From NCBI RefSeq assembly GCF_000143415.4, contig NW_003314302.1, positions 1,654,521-1,675,513 of the forward strand: a DNA stretch of 20,993 nucleotides, given 5' to 3'. The position numbers and the translations under genes were made by a program. The notes beneath the pieces are model-generated. The model had not been told where the DNA came from, made no database searches, and worked only from the letters and a program-made list of their open reading frames with translations. This document shows, in pieces, positions 1 to 8,800 of this stretch (positions are counted from its first letter, which is position 1; each line of letters starts with the position of its first letter). This DNA comes from Selaginella moellendorffii (lineage: Eukaryota > Plantae > Lycopodiophyta).

Positions 1-1309
1 AAAAAGATTGTATCTTCTATCCAGGATCTGCGACAATTGTTTTTGCAGGAACATCATGATGTTTTGGTAGCGGGACATGGTGGAAAACAAAAAACTCTTG
101 CTTCATTGAAAAAGGGATTTTTCTGGTTTGGTATGGAAGGTGATGTAATGGACAATATCCATTCCTACCCTATATGCTAGTAATATAAGCACAGAATTGA
201 GAAGCAAGCTGGAAAGTTGCAGTGCATTCTAGCACCAGCATGGCCATTTCAGAGTGTGATACTTGAGTTTGTCACTTGCTTGCCAAAATCTAAAGGTTAT
301 GATACTTTGATAGTGGTTGTTGATCGGTTATCGAAGATTGCACACTTCATTCCAACTATAGAAATAGTGAATGTGAAGCAAGCAGCAAAACTCTTTTTCT
401 ATGAAGTAGTATGAGTTTGTGGTCTTCCTCAAGAGATGATCTCAAATAGAGATTCAAAATTTACAGGGAAGTTTTGGGGCACACTGTTCTAGTTATTTGG
501 TACCAAATTGAAATTTAGTATAACTTATCATCCTCAAACCGATGGGTATATTGAACATGTGAATGCTTAAATTGAGGATTATCTAGGGTACTATGTTATG
601 GCGGACCAACATGACTGAGTTGAGCATTTGGACATAGCAAAAATCTGTTATAACAATAAATTTCACAGTGCTATTGGTTGGTCTCCATAGGAGATGCTAC
701 AAGGAAATGCTCGTGAAATTCCTTAATAAATTATTGTACTAAAACCAATGTCCGAAGTGTTGGTCTTAGCCATTGAGACTTATACGGAGCAACTATGCCA
801 CAATTGGTCTAGAGCTATTGTAGAACTTAGGATAGGTATCGACGTGATAAGGATCAGCATCGTCAGGATGTATCTTATCAATTGGAAGATCAAGTGTGGC
901 TATCTTTCTGAAACTTGAATATTAAGGAATCTTTATCTCAAAAACTATTACCAAGATATGTTGGACCCTATTAGGTTTTGAAACGAGTTGGTGATGTATC
1001 CTATCACTTGGATCGTCCTACAGAAATGTTCAATGTTCATAATGTATTTCATGCCAATTTATTGGCTTCTTACACTATAGATGTTGTATGTCAAGGGGAG
1101 ATCCATCCACTGCCAGAAGCTGTGGATGGTGAACCTGAATACAAAGTTGAAAGCATTTTACCATGTCATTGGAAACATGTGGTTGTACCAAAGGATCCTT
1201 AGTTAAGTGGCATGGTTACTCAACGTGTGAATCAACTTAGGAGCCTCTTAGTAACCTTATACATGCTCGTGAGTTTGTCATAGAGTATGAGAATCATAAT
1301 AAAGAATAG
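1..1309 (+). pseudogene. Degenerate gypsy integrase with C-terminal chromodomain (element A)
   Basis: HHD...GHGG zinc-finger part, VVVDRLSKIAHFIP, HPQTDG (529-546), KLLPRYVGPY (942-971), VHNVFHANLL, EPEYKVESIL...VKWHGY. Many stops and frameshifts. Confidence 0.9.
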
Positions 1310-1403
1310 CTTTTATAAATCTTGTAATAAATCTTGCAAATCAATAAAGTAATATAATTCTTTAAAACCATAAGTTTCATTTCTCTTGTTTGTTAGTTCG
1401 TTA

Positions 1404-1466
1404 GATGGGTTAGTTTTAGCAGGTTGACTTCCGCACTTCAATGCATAGGTTCAATCCATAACCATA
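1404..1466 (+). other. Decayed tRNA-like/T-loop motif in 3' UTR of element A
   Basis: GATGGGTTAG at 1404 and AGGTTCAATCCATAACCATAGGG at 1447-1469 resemble B's CATGGGTTAG (8801) and GGGTTCAAGTCCTGACCCCATACTAGGG (8924-8951), in the same position between chromodomain and PPT. Confidence 0.4.
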
Positions 1467-1525
1467 GGGATAATTATTATAGACTGATCACAAGTCCCCA
1501 CTTCTCTTTCGATGACTCATTTTTG

Positions 1526-1541
1526 AAAAGGGGCATGGTCG
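1526..1541 (+). promoter_or_regulatory. Putative polypurine tract of element A; 3' LTR probably starts at 1542 (TGTAAAC)
   Basis: AAAAGGGGCATGGTCG immediately before TG, about 220 nt after the chromodomain stop. Confidence 0.5.
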
Positions 1542-2398
1542 TGTAAACAACTTCATCTGCTAATTTATAAAAGTTGTCTAAATCTTCCTAATGGGGTTGA
1601 TTTCTTGCTCAGCGGCAATTGGGCCTCAAGCCCTCTCCCTATGTCCTTGCAAGTAGGGATGTATCATTCCTTTGTAAGCCAAGTGATATTTAGAGTAGCA
1701 AGGGTGGCTAACTTTGTTAGTCATTTCCTTGTCGGTGATGACCGAAGAGTGTCTTAGTCTTAATGTCTTTGGATGTAAAGGAGAGGTAATTCCATAACTC
1801 ATTTAAGTTAGTGTGTTTTTCACATAGTGTGCTTTCCATTAACTTTTGGAGTTGTTTCCTTGATGGTTTGCTAAACTTGGGTATGCATTGATGAGAACGT
1901 TGATGTTCCCTAGGGGGCGAAAGTGTCACAAATGTGATAGGAGGTTGGTACTGTTGATTCCCTTTATGGTCCCCGCTCAAGCTAGTTGAGAAACTGGTCA
2001 TTGCATATGCACTTGACCAGATGAGCATAAGGATGGAATTCCTAAATGCTATTAATCAAGCATATTTGACCTAGTTAGAGAAACTCATTCGTTAAGTTGC
2101 ACTTGCTAGTGTTAGGAACCCCCACGATATTGAGACTAGTCCCTTAATATCGCTATATAATATAGTTTACTATGTTTGCTAGACATCCTCACTATCATAC
2201 CCTATATGTTGGTTCCATTCTGGATCTATATGCTTTTTATGGTAAGTGTCTAGATCTGCCTAAGAGGCATATCTATGGAATGTAGAGAGTGTCTTGAACA
2301 TGTTATTCTTACTTCCAGATTCGCAATCTAACACCATTCTATATTTAGTAAGTTTCACACTTGTCTCAGAGACTAAGTCCTGGTAGTAAAGGAGGCTT

Positions 2399-2474
2399 GG
2401 GGTGAAAGTCTAAAGTGTTTGTTCCTCAAGGGGGGGATATGGAGGGGGTTCCAAATGTATAGTAAGGATAATGG
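2399..2474 (+). repeat. Old LTR fragment homologous to element B LTR (3119-3196)
   Basis: GGGTGAAAGTCTAAAGTGT..GGGGGGG..GGGGTTCCAAATGTATAGTAAGGATAATG versus GGGTGAAAGCCCAAAGCGT..GGGGGGGGG..GGGGTTCCAAAAGTATAGTAGGGATAGTG. Confidence 0.75.
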
Positions 2475-2734
2475 TTAAAATGCATATCTGACCACCTGAG
2501 ACATTAGTTTGGCTTTTGTTGGGCTGTGTCGCTCTTTGTTTTGCATTTGGCTTGGGTCTAAGCCCAAGCTCCATGCTGCTCTAGTTGGGGGGGTACCCTC
2601 CTCCTTGCGTTAGACCACTAATATGCTGAAATCATGCCAGACACCATTTAGCATGCAGATGTTGGATATAGAGAGCTGGTGCTTGTGGGATTGTGAATGT
2701 ACCAAAACTTTGTTTTGTAGCAAAATGGGCTTGT

Positions 2735-3895
2735 TGTAAGGAACCAACTCGCCGAGGTGTCGTAAGCTAAAGGAACCCCGAAAGCATGACCAAAATGACA
2801 AAGAGTTCATCGGATGGGACCAAGTCAAAGATCGAGTCCAAGACCGACTCTAGGACCGAGTTCGAGATAGAGTCCGGAATCGAGTCCGAGACCGACTCGG
2901 GGACCGAGTTCGAGTCCGAGTTCGAGACCGAGTTCGAGACGGAGTCCGAGATCCAAAATCGGGTCCGAGACTGAGTCCGAGGTCGAGTCCGAGGTCGGGT
3001 CCGAGATCGGGTCCGAGATCGAGTCCGAGATCAAGTCCGAGACTGAATCCGAAGTCGGATCTGAAATCGGGTCCGAGATCGAGCCAGAGATTAAGTCCAA
3101 ATACTAATACGGGTCAAAGGGTGAAAGCCCAAAGCGTGTGTCTCCCAGAGGGGGGGGGCCACTACAAGGGGTTCCAAAAGTATAGTAGGGATAGTGAGGT
3201 CTAGGAACCAGTTTTGAAGGGACTCTCCAGTGGGGCTTCCAAATCGACTTGAGGTTGAGACTGGGACCGAGGGGCCTTGGGTGGGAGTGAGTATGGACTT
3301 GGTTGGTGCCGGAGGGGCCATCCAAGGAAGTGCTCAAGAGCAGCTCCCACTCCCGAAAGGGAAACCGATTGCGGTGCTCCCGGCTCATGTGGAGTGGTGC
3401 CTCACTTGAGTACCATGCGGCTCATTGGTCCTCGCCCTTCCTAGGGGCTTGGGCCTTCCTTCGGGATGGAAGTGGGGGGGTAGAGGTACCCATACCGGGC
3501 CGTTAGGCCACGGTGTTTCGCCCCGGCGTCCCGAAGCAAGTGTTGCACTCAAGACTTGGGATTTAGAGGGTCCCATGATCAAGTCTTGTGGTACCAAGGG
3601 ATGTTAGGAACCTGGAAGCTTGGTGTGCTTGGCTGCTTGTGCTTGCGGGGAGTGTAGCCAAACCTTAAGTCCAGTCTAACCCGGGGAGGGGGATTGGGAG
3701 TGATTTGGGAATCCGTGGATGGATGGCTAACACTCTGTTGCTCATGCAGTGAGTAGTTGAAACCAAGTAGGACCAAGTAGGAGCTGGTACCATAAGCGGG
3801 AACTTTGGCGAGGGAACTTAGCAAAAGCCAAGGCAGTGTTGGATGGGTAGACGAGGTAAACTGGCAAATTGGAAAGGAAAAATTTGTGGCTTACA
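2735..3895 (+). repeat. 5' LTR of element B (1161 bp)
   Basis: Starts TGTAAG and ends CTTACA (6-bp terminal inverted repeat). Direct repeat of 9131-10308, followed by the PBS. Confidence 0.96.
2818..3100 (+). repeat. CpG-rich tandem array (6/12-bp unit, approx. GAGTCCGAGATC) in U3 of B 5' LTR
   Basis: Reiterated CGAGTC/CGAGAT/CGAGAC/CGGGTC hexamers, which produce the low-complexity ETESEI/RVRD/SDPI ORFs. Confidence 0.9.
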
Positions 3896-3921
3896 ATTTG
3901 GTATCGGAGCCTTTTCCTCAG
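3856..3921 (+). other. Candidate 5' leader intron (66 nt) spanning the U5 end and PBS
   Basis: GAG|GTAAAC donor (the 3' LTR copy reads GAG|ATAAGC, so the consensus is GAG|GTAAGC), CTTAC branch-like site at 3890-3894, CCTTTTCCTCAG acceptor, 34 nt before the gag ATG. Confidence 0.45.
3899..3910 (+). promoter_or_regulatory. Primer binding site (initiator tRNA-Met type) of element B
   Basis: TGGTATCGGAGC 3 nt after the LTR end, one mismatch to canonical TGGTATCAGAGC. Confidence 0.9.
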
Positions 3922-4829
3922 TTCTAGCGAAGGATAGAGGTGGATTGCTGGGAGATGGCAAAGGCGGGGCGGAAACGAACCAAGGCGGAGACGGAACCTC
4001 CGCCAGAGCTGGAGCCTCCGGTCGAAAGGGAGGCTATGGATGAGGAATCCTTGCATGAGGAGGACTCCAGTAAGGAAACTTCCAAATAGGAGTCCGGTGG
4101 CGAGGTGCGGTCGTCCAAGGCTCGATTGGATGTTCTAGAAGGACAATTGGCACAGACCAATGCCCTGCTAGAGACTCTCGTACGCAAGCTAAAGCGTGAC
4201 GAGAAGCGGAAGAAAAAGCGAAAGACTGCAGATGCTGGCAGCGTAGAAGGTGCGGACTCTTCGGTAGGGACTGAGGCAGAACCAAACAAGGTCGAACAAA
4301 CCGAAGTAGAATCAATCCCTCAGGCAGTTCCCAAGTACAAACCAAAGCCCCTACCGGTCTTCAAGGGAGTGAATGACTATAAGGTGGTGGAGGATTGGTT
4401 TTACGATATGGAGGACTACTTCCGAGTGTTATGATTACCGAGCTCGAAGAAGGTCCCATGTGCAAAACCATACTTGGCAGATAATGCCAAGTCTTGGTGG
4501 AGAACAACGGAGGCCAACGAAGGACCGGTGGCCACTTGGGACATGATGAAGGGGAGGATCTGTGCAACATACGTTCCTCCAAATGCCACTCTGCATTTGA
4601 GAGATGAGCTGAGTAGGCTGAAGCAGACTGGAACCATCCAGGAGTATGTGAATGGGTTCATGGCAAAGAGGATACTTGTCACGGACATGGGGGATATGGA
4701 TGCGTTCCATGCCTTTATATCAGGTTTGCAAACCTGGGCTCGCGGTGAGGTGATGCGCTGGAACCCGACCAACTACAAGGAAGCGTTGGATGCGGCCATC
4801 AAGGTGCATTTCAACGATAACCTGCGAAA

Positions 4830-4943
4830 NNNNNNNNNNNNNNNNNNNNNNNNNNNNNNNNNNNNNNNNNNNNNNNNNNNNNNNNNNNNNNNNNNNNNNN
4901 NNNNNNNNNNNNNNNNNNNNNNNNNNNNNNNNNNNNNNNNNNN
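4830..4943. other. Assembly gap (114 N) within gag
   Basis: Run of N. Confidence 1.
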
Positions 4944-5154
4944 GAAAGGCAAATCCGGTGGCCAGCGAGCAAGTACGTGGGGGAGTCAAGCAAAAAGAGA
5001 CAAACCCACGGATAAGAAGGTCAAGTCGTTTAGCAGCGTGGGAAACAACGTATGCTACAACTGCGGTGAAGCGGGACACCTTTCGAGGGAATGTCCCTAC
5101 CCGAAGAAGGCCAGAGCCAATATGGCCATTAAATCGGGTGAAGTCCAAAATGAG

Positions 5155-5206
5155 GTATGTGATCCAGTCCCTAGCTCAAAGCTACTTATTACACGAGCAA
5201 CTTTAG
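5155..5206 (+). other. Candidate alternatively spliced intron (52 nt) at the Gag/protease junction
   Basis: GAG|GTATGT donor and CTTTAG acceptor. It is an open frame when retained, while splicing joins GAG to TAG (5207-5209), giving an immediate stop. Confidence 0.45.
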
Positions 5207-7828
5207 TAGAGAGTCGTTCGCGACATCTACTAGCCCTCCGGGGGAAGCTCGGAGGTAGCTTTGTTAAGATCCTTATTGACACGGGTGCTTCGGATAATTT
5301 TGTGGCTGCAGACATAGTCCGGCAAGGCGGACTAACGGTGCAGCGGCTGGGCGAACCAAGGACTATAGAGTTTGTTCAAGGTAGCCAAAGCACCGATGAG
5401 GTACTTCGACAAGCAAGAGTCGAAGTGGGGACTTGGAAAGTAGACATGGATTTCACCGTGTTGGACATGGCGGGATTTGACGTGATCTTCAGAATGGATT
5501 GGTTCAATCGGTTCATGGTAGCCCTACATGGACAAGCTAGGAACCTTGTGGTACTAGTGAATGCCCAAGGAAGAAGATCCAGGGTGGAGGCCCAGGATCT
5601 AAAGGTAGGGCAATGCAAGGCCAAAGAATCGTGCCTAAACTTGGTGTCCACGAGAGGACAACTCACTAAAGGGACAAAGGCTGCATTTTTGTGCTTACTC
5701 TCGGTGAGAAGTGACAAAAAGACAGGAACGGAAGAAGTACCTTTAGTGATCCAGCAGGTGTTGGACCAATTCCAGGATACCATGCCGGAGGAGCTACCGG
5801 CGGGGTTGCCCCCCGCACGACCGATAGAACATAAGATTGAGCTGGTCGAGGGTGCTGAGGCGGTGGTTCGTCCACCCTATTGTTTGAACGAAAAAGAACT
5901 CGCGGAGCTCAAGCGCCAACTAGAGGAGTTGGTGGACAAGGGGTATGTTAGGTTGAGCAAATCGCCGTATGGGGCGCCGGTGCTATTTGTGAAAAAGAAA
6001 GATGGGTCTATGCGCATGTGCATAGACTACCGGTTGCTCAACAAGTATACAAAGAAGGATAAGTACCCTTTGCCAAGGATTGAGGACTTGTTCGATAGGT
6101 TGGGAAAGGCAAAATACTTCTCGAGAATTGACCTAAGGTCAGGATACTACCAGATCAGAGTAGCGGAGGATGATGTCGAGAAGACAACCTGTCGAACAAG
6201 GTATGGGAGCTTCGAGTTTCTGGTGATGCCCTTTGGGCTATGCAATGCGCTGGCAACGTTTTCGGCGTTGATGAACCATATCTTTGTACCCTATTTGGAT
6301 CACTTTGTGGTCGTCTATATTGACGACATCCTGATCTATAGCGAAATGCTAGAGGAGCATGCCAAACACTTGACGAAGGTGTTTAAGAAACTAAGGGAAC
6401 ACCAGCTGTATGCTAAAGAGAGCAAATGTGACTTTGCTCAACAAGAGGTAAAGTTTCTCGGGCATGTGGTGGGCAAGGACGGGCTCAAGGTGGACCCTGA
6501 GAAGGTCCAAGCGATCCAGGATTGGGAGCGACCATCGAATGTACACGAGTTAAGGGCATTCTTGGGGCTATGCAACTACTATCGAAAGTTTATCAGACAC
6601 TATTTGAGAGTAGCCCTGCCCTTAACGGACCAAACGGGAAAAGGGAAGATGGTATGGATAGCGGAATGCGAGGTGGCATTCATCCACCTCAAAGGGAAGT
6701 TGAGGAAGGCCCCCGTGTTGGCATTACCAGACTTTGGTAAGGACTTTGAGGTAGAAATAGATGCTTCAAACTTTGCGTTGGGCGCAGTTTTGAAGTAGGA
6801 CAACCATCCAGTAGCATTATTCTCGAAGAAGTTGGACAAGGCTCAACGGAAGTGGCCTGCCCATGAGAAGGAATTGTTTGCGGTGCTCAAGGTGCTCAAG
6901 GAGTGGCGACACTACCTTGGGAGACACTTCAAAGTTTACATGGACAATGTGGCAACGAAATACTTCTTGTCACAGCCCGACCTAAGGGGAAAACAAGGTC
7001 GGTGGGCCAATGCTTTGGCCGAGTTTGATTGCGAGATCCTGTACAAGCCTGGGAAGAGCAACATCGTGGCAGATGCGCTAAGTCGAAAAGCGAGCTTGAA
7101 GTTGGCGATATCTAGCGTGACAGCAACCTTTTGGGATGATGTGCGGACTGCATACGAGAACGATGGTCTAGCACAAGAAGTGTTGCTGAGGAATCTAGAG
7201 GCGCGGGAAGCTCATCAGAGAGGTGAGCTGCCAACGGAAGAGAAAACGGGCTATGCGGAACGCAACGGACTCATATATTACAAGCAAACGAGGGTGTATG
7301 TTCCAGAAGGGGAACTAAGGAAGGTAGCCTTGGAAGAGTGTCATGACGAACCTCTCGCGGGACACGGCGGAGTGCCCAAGACGATGGGCTTACTTAAAAG
7401 GAAGTATCACTGGCCAGATATGGCTAAGGACATCCAAGACTATGTAAAGACATGTCCAACATGTCAGCAAGTCAAAGCCGTGACTAAGGCTAATGGGGGG
7501 TTGTTGCAAAGCATCCCCATTCCAGATCATCCGTGGAAATGTCTCACGATGGACTTCATCACGGGACTACCCGCAAGCGAGGGGTTCGATGCGATATTTG
7601 TGGTGGTGGACCGATTTTCAAAAATGGCACATTTCATACCCACCACAACAGAAGTGGATGCGGAAGGTGTGGCGAAGCTGTTCTTCGAACAAGTGGTTCG
7701 AGTGCGGGGAAAGCCGGAAGAGATTATCTCAGATCGAGATAAGATCTTCACTAGTAGGTTCTGGAGGACACTCCTAGAATAGTATCGCACCAAGTTGAAA
7801 TTCAGCACAGCCTATCACCCACAGACAG

Positions 7829-7875
7829 GTAATGGGTATTAAGTCAAGATTGATGGCACTAACACTTTTTGACAG
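7829..7875 (+). other. Putative spliceosomal intron 1 (47 nt) in the integrase catalytic core
   Basis: CAG|GTAATG...ACTAAC(7858-7863)ACTTTTTGACAG|AC. Removal restores [27 protein letters not shown] and explains the frame change. Confidence 0.85.
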
Positions 7876-8293
7876 ACGGACAAATGGAAAGGGTGAATAG
7901 GCAGCTGGAGGATTATTTGCGATGCTATGTCTCGGGAGACCAGACCGACTAGGTAAGTCATTTGGGACTTGCGGAAATGTGTTATAACAACTCACCACAT
8001 TCGAGCATCGGGGTGAGTCCATGGGAAGTCATCAATGGGCGAGCTATTGAAGGTCCTATGGAACTCGGCATGGCCGAGTATCATGGAGAGTTACCCGCAG
8101 TGGAGGCATTCACGGCGGAAAGACTCAACATTTGGAATCTAGTGAGGGATTCCTTGGAACGGGCTCAACAAAGGCAAACTAAGTACGCGAACCAGAAGCG
8201 TTGGGATATGGAGTTCCAAGCTGGGGAGAAGGTGTGGCTGAACACCAAGAACCTCAGGCTACCAAGTGGGATCAGCCGAAAGTTGACCCAAAG

Positions 8294-8345
8294 GTAAAAA
8301 TGCATGTATTCCTACAAATGAATTGATCTTGAGTTCCTTAAGTAG
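8294..8345 (+). other. Putative spliceosomal intron 2 (52 nt) in the integrase GPY/F region
   Basis: AAG|GTAAAA...AT-rich...TAG|GT. Removal restores RKLTQ-R-FAGPYEIEARIG and explains the frame change between ORFs 7962 and 8323. Confidence 0.82.
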
Positions 8346-8800
8346 GTTCGCGGGGCCTTACGAGATTGAGGCTCGAATCGGTAAAGTGGATTACCGTCTC
8401 CAACTTCCTCGAGAGATGGGGAAGATGCACCCCATGTTCCACGTGAACTTACTCAAGCCATACTTTGAGGATCCGCTTCGCAAGGACCAAGTAAGGCCTT
8501 TACCTGAGGTTATCCAAGGGGAAGAGGAATACGAAGTCGAGGCCATCCTCAATGCGCGCAGGAGCAAGCGACAAGGACGTGAGGTGAGAGAGTTCCATGT
8601 GAAGTGGAAAGGATTTCCACACTGCGAAACAACATGGGAACCGGAGGAGAACCTAGCGAACGCGCGAGATCTAGTGGAGGAATTTCTGCAAGGCAAAACT
8701 CTATGTACTTATGCAAAGTTCAATTAAAAGTATCAATTGGTGAAGTTGAGCAAATGGCATATGTTGGGACCCGAAGGCGTGCCGAAGGTAAGCTAATTAG

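Larger units (their letters stand above)
1..2734 (+). mobile_element. Element A: decayed Ty3/gypsy chromovirus, 3' portion (integrase-chromodomain, 3' UTR, probable 3' LTR remnant)
   Basis: Integrase and chromodomain remnants at 1-1309. A T-run plus purine tract (TTTTTGAAAAGGGGCATGG) is followed by TGTAA at 1542, like B's TTTTT..GGGTGGTGGAGT|TGTAA. A block at 2399-2474 resembles B's LTR. The right boundary is not resolved. Confidence 0.7.
3955..8727 (+). pseudogene. gag-pol polyprotein of element B (Gag, CCHC knuckle, aspartic protease, RT, RNase H, integrase, chromodomain)
   Basis: ATG at 3955 (MAKAGRKRTK) is in frame with ORFs 4105, 4474 and 6832. Motifs: [14 protein letters not shown] (5053-5094), LIDTGA (DTG 5278-5286), YIDD (6316-6327), [55 protein letters not shown]. 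In-frame stops at 4087, 4432, 6796, 7780 and 7950. The only frame changes coincide with the two GT-AG inserts. Frame across the N gap is assumed. Confidence 0.95.

Noticed and set aside
2110-2333. Possible solo LTR bounded by TGTTAG...CTAACA
   Set aside because: The flanks GCTAG and CCATT are not a TSD, and there is no second copy, PBS or PPT in the window.
2610-2734. Continuation of element C's integrase to the left of B
   Set aside because: There is no TSD and only a vague HFATKQSFGTFTI resemblance to a GPF motif.
2786-3100. Low-complexity ORFs (ETESEI, SDPISD, RVRD) in both LTRs
   Set aside because: They are translations of the hexamer array, open in several frames, with different stops in the two LTRs.
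2818-3100. CRISPR-like array
   Set aside because: There are no unique spacers, and the context is a eukaryotic LTR.
3700-3749. 50-nt GT..CTAAC..GCAG intron candidate within U5
   Set aside because: The donor is weak (GTGATT), and neither donor nor branch site is retained in the 3' LTR. There is no coding frame to test it against.
4087-7952. Repeated in-frame TAG as evidence for a TAG=Gln code or readthrough
   Set aside because: One TAG replaces a Trp and one stop is TGA. All are explained by C>T or G>A decay.
7953-7958. AG|GTAAGT perfect splice donor in integrase
   Set aside because: It lies in continuous coding sequence (D-W*-V-S-H-L), the preceding AG arises from the TGG>TAG mutation, and no extra sequence needs removing.
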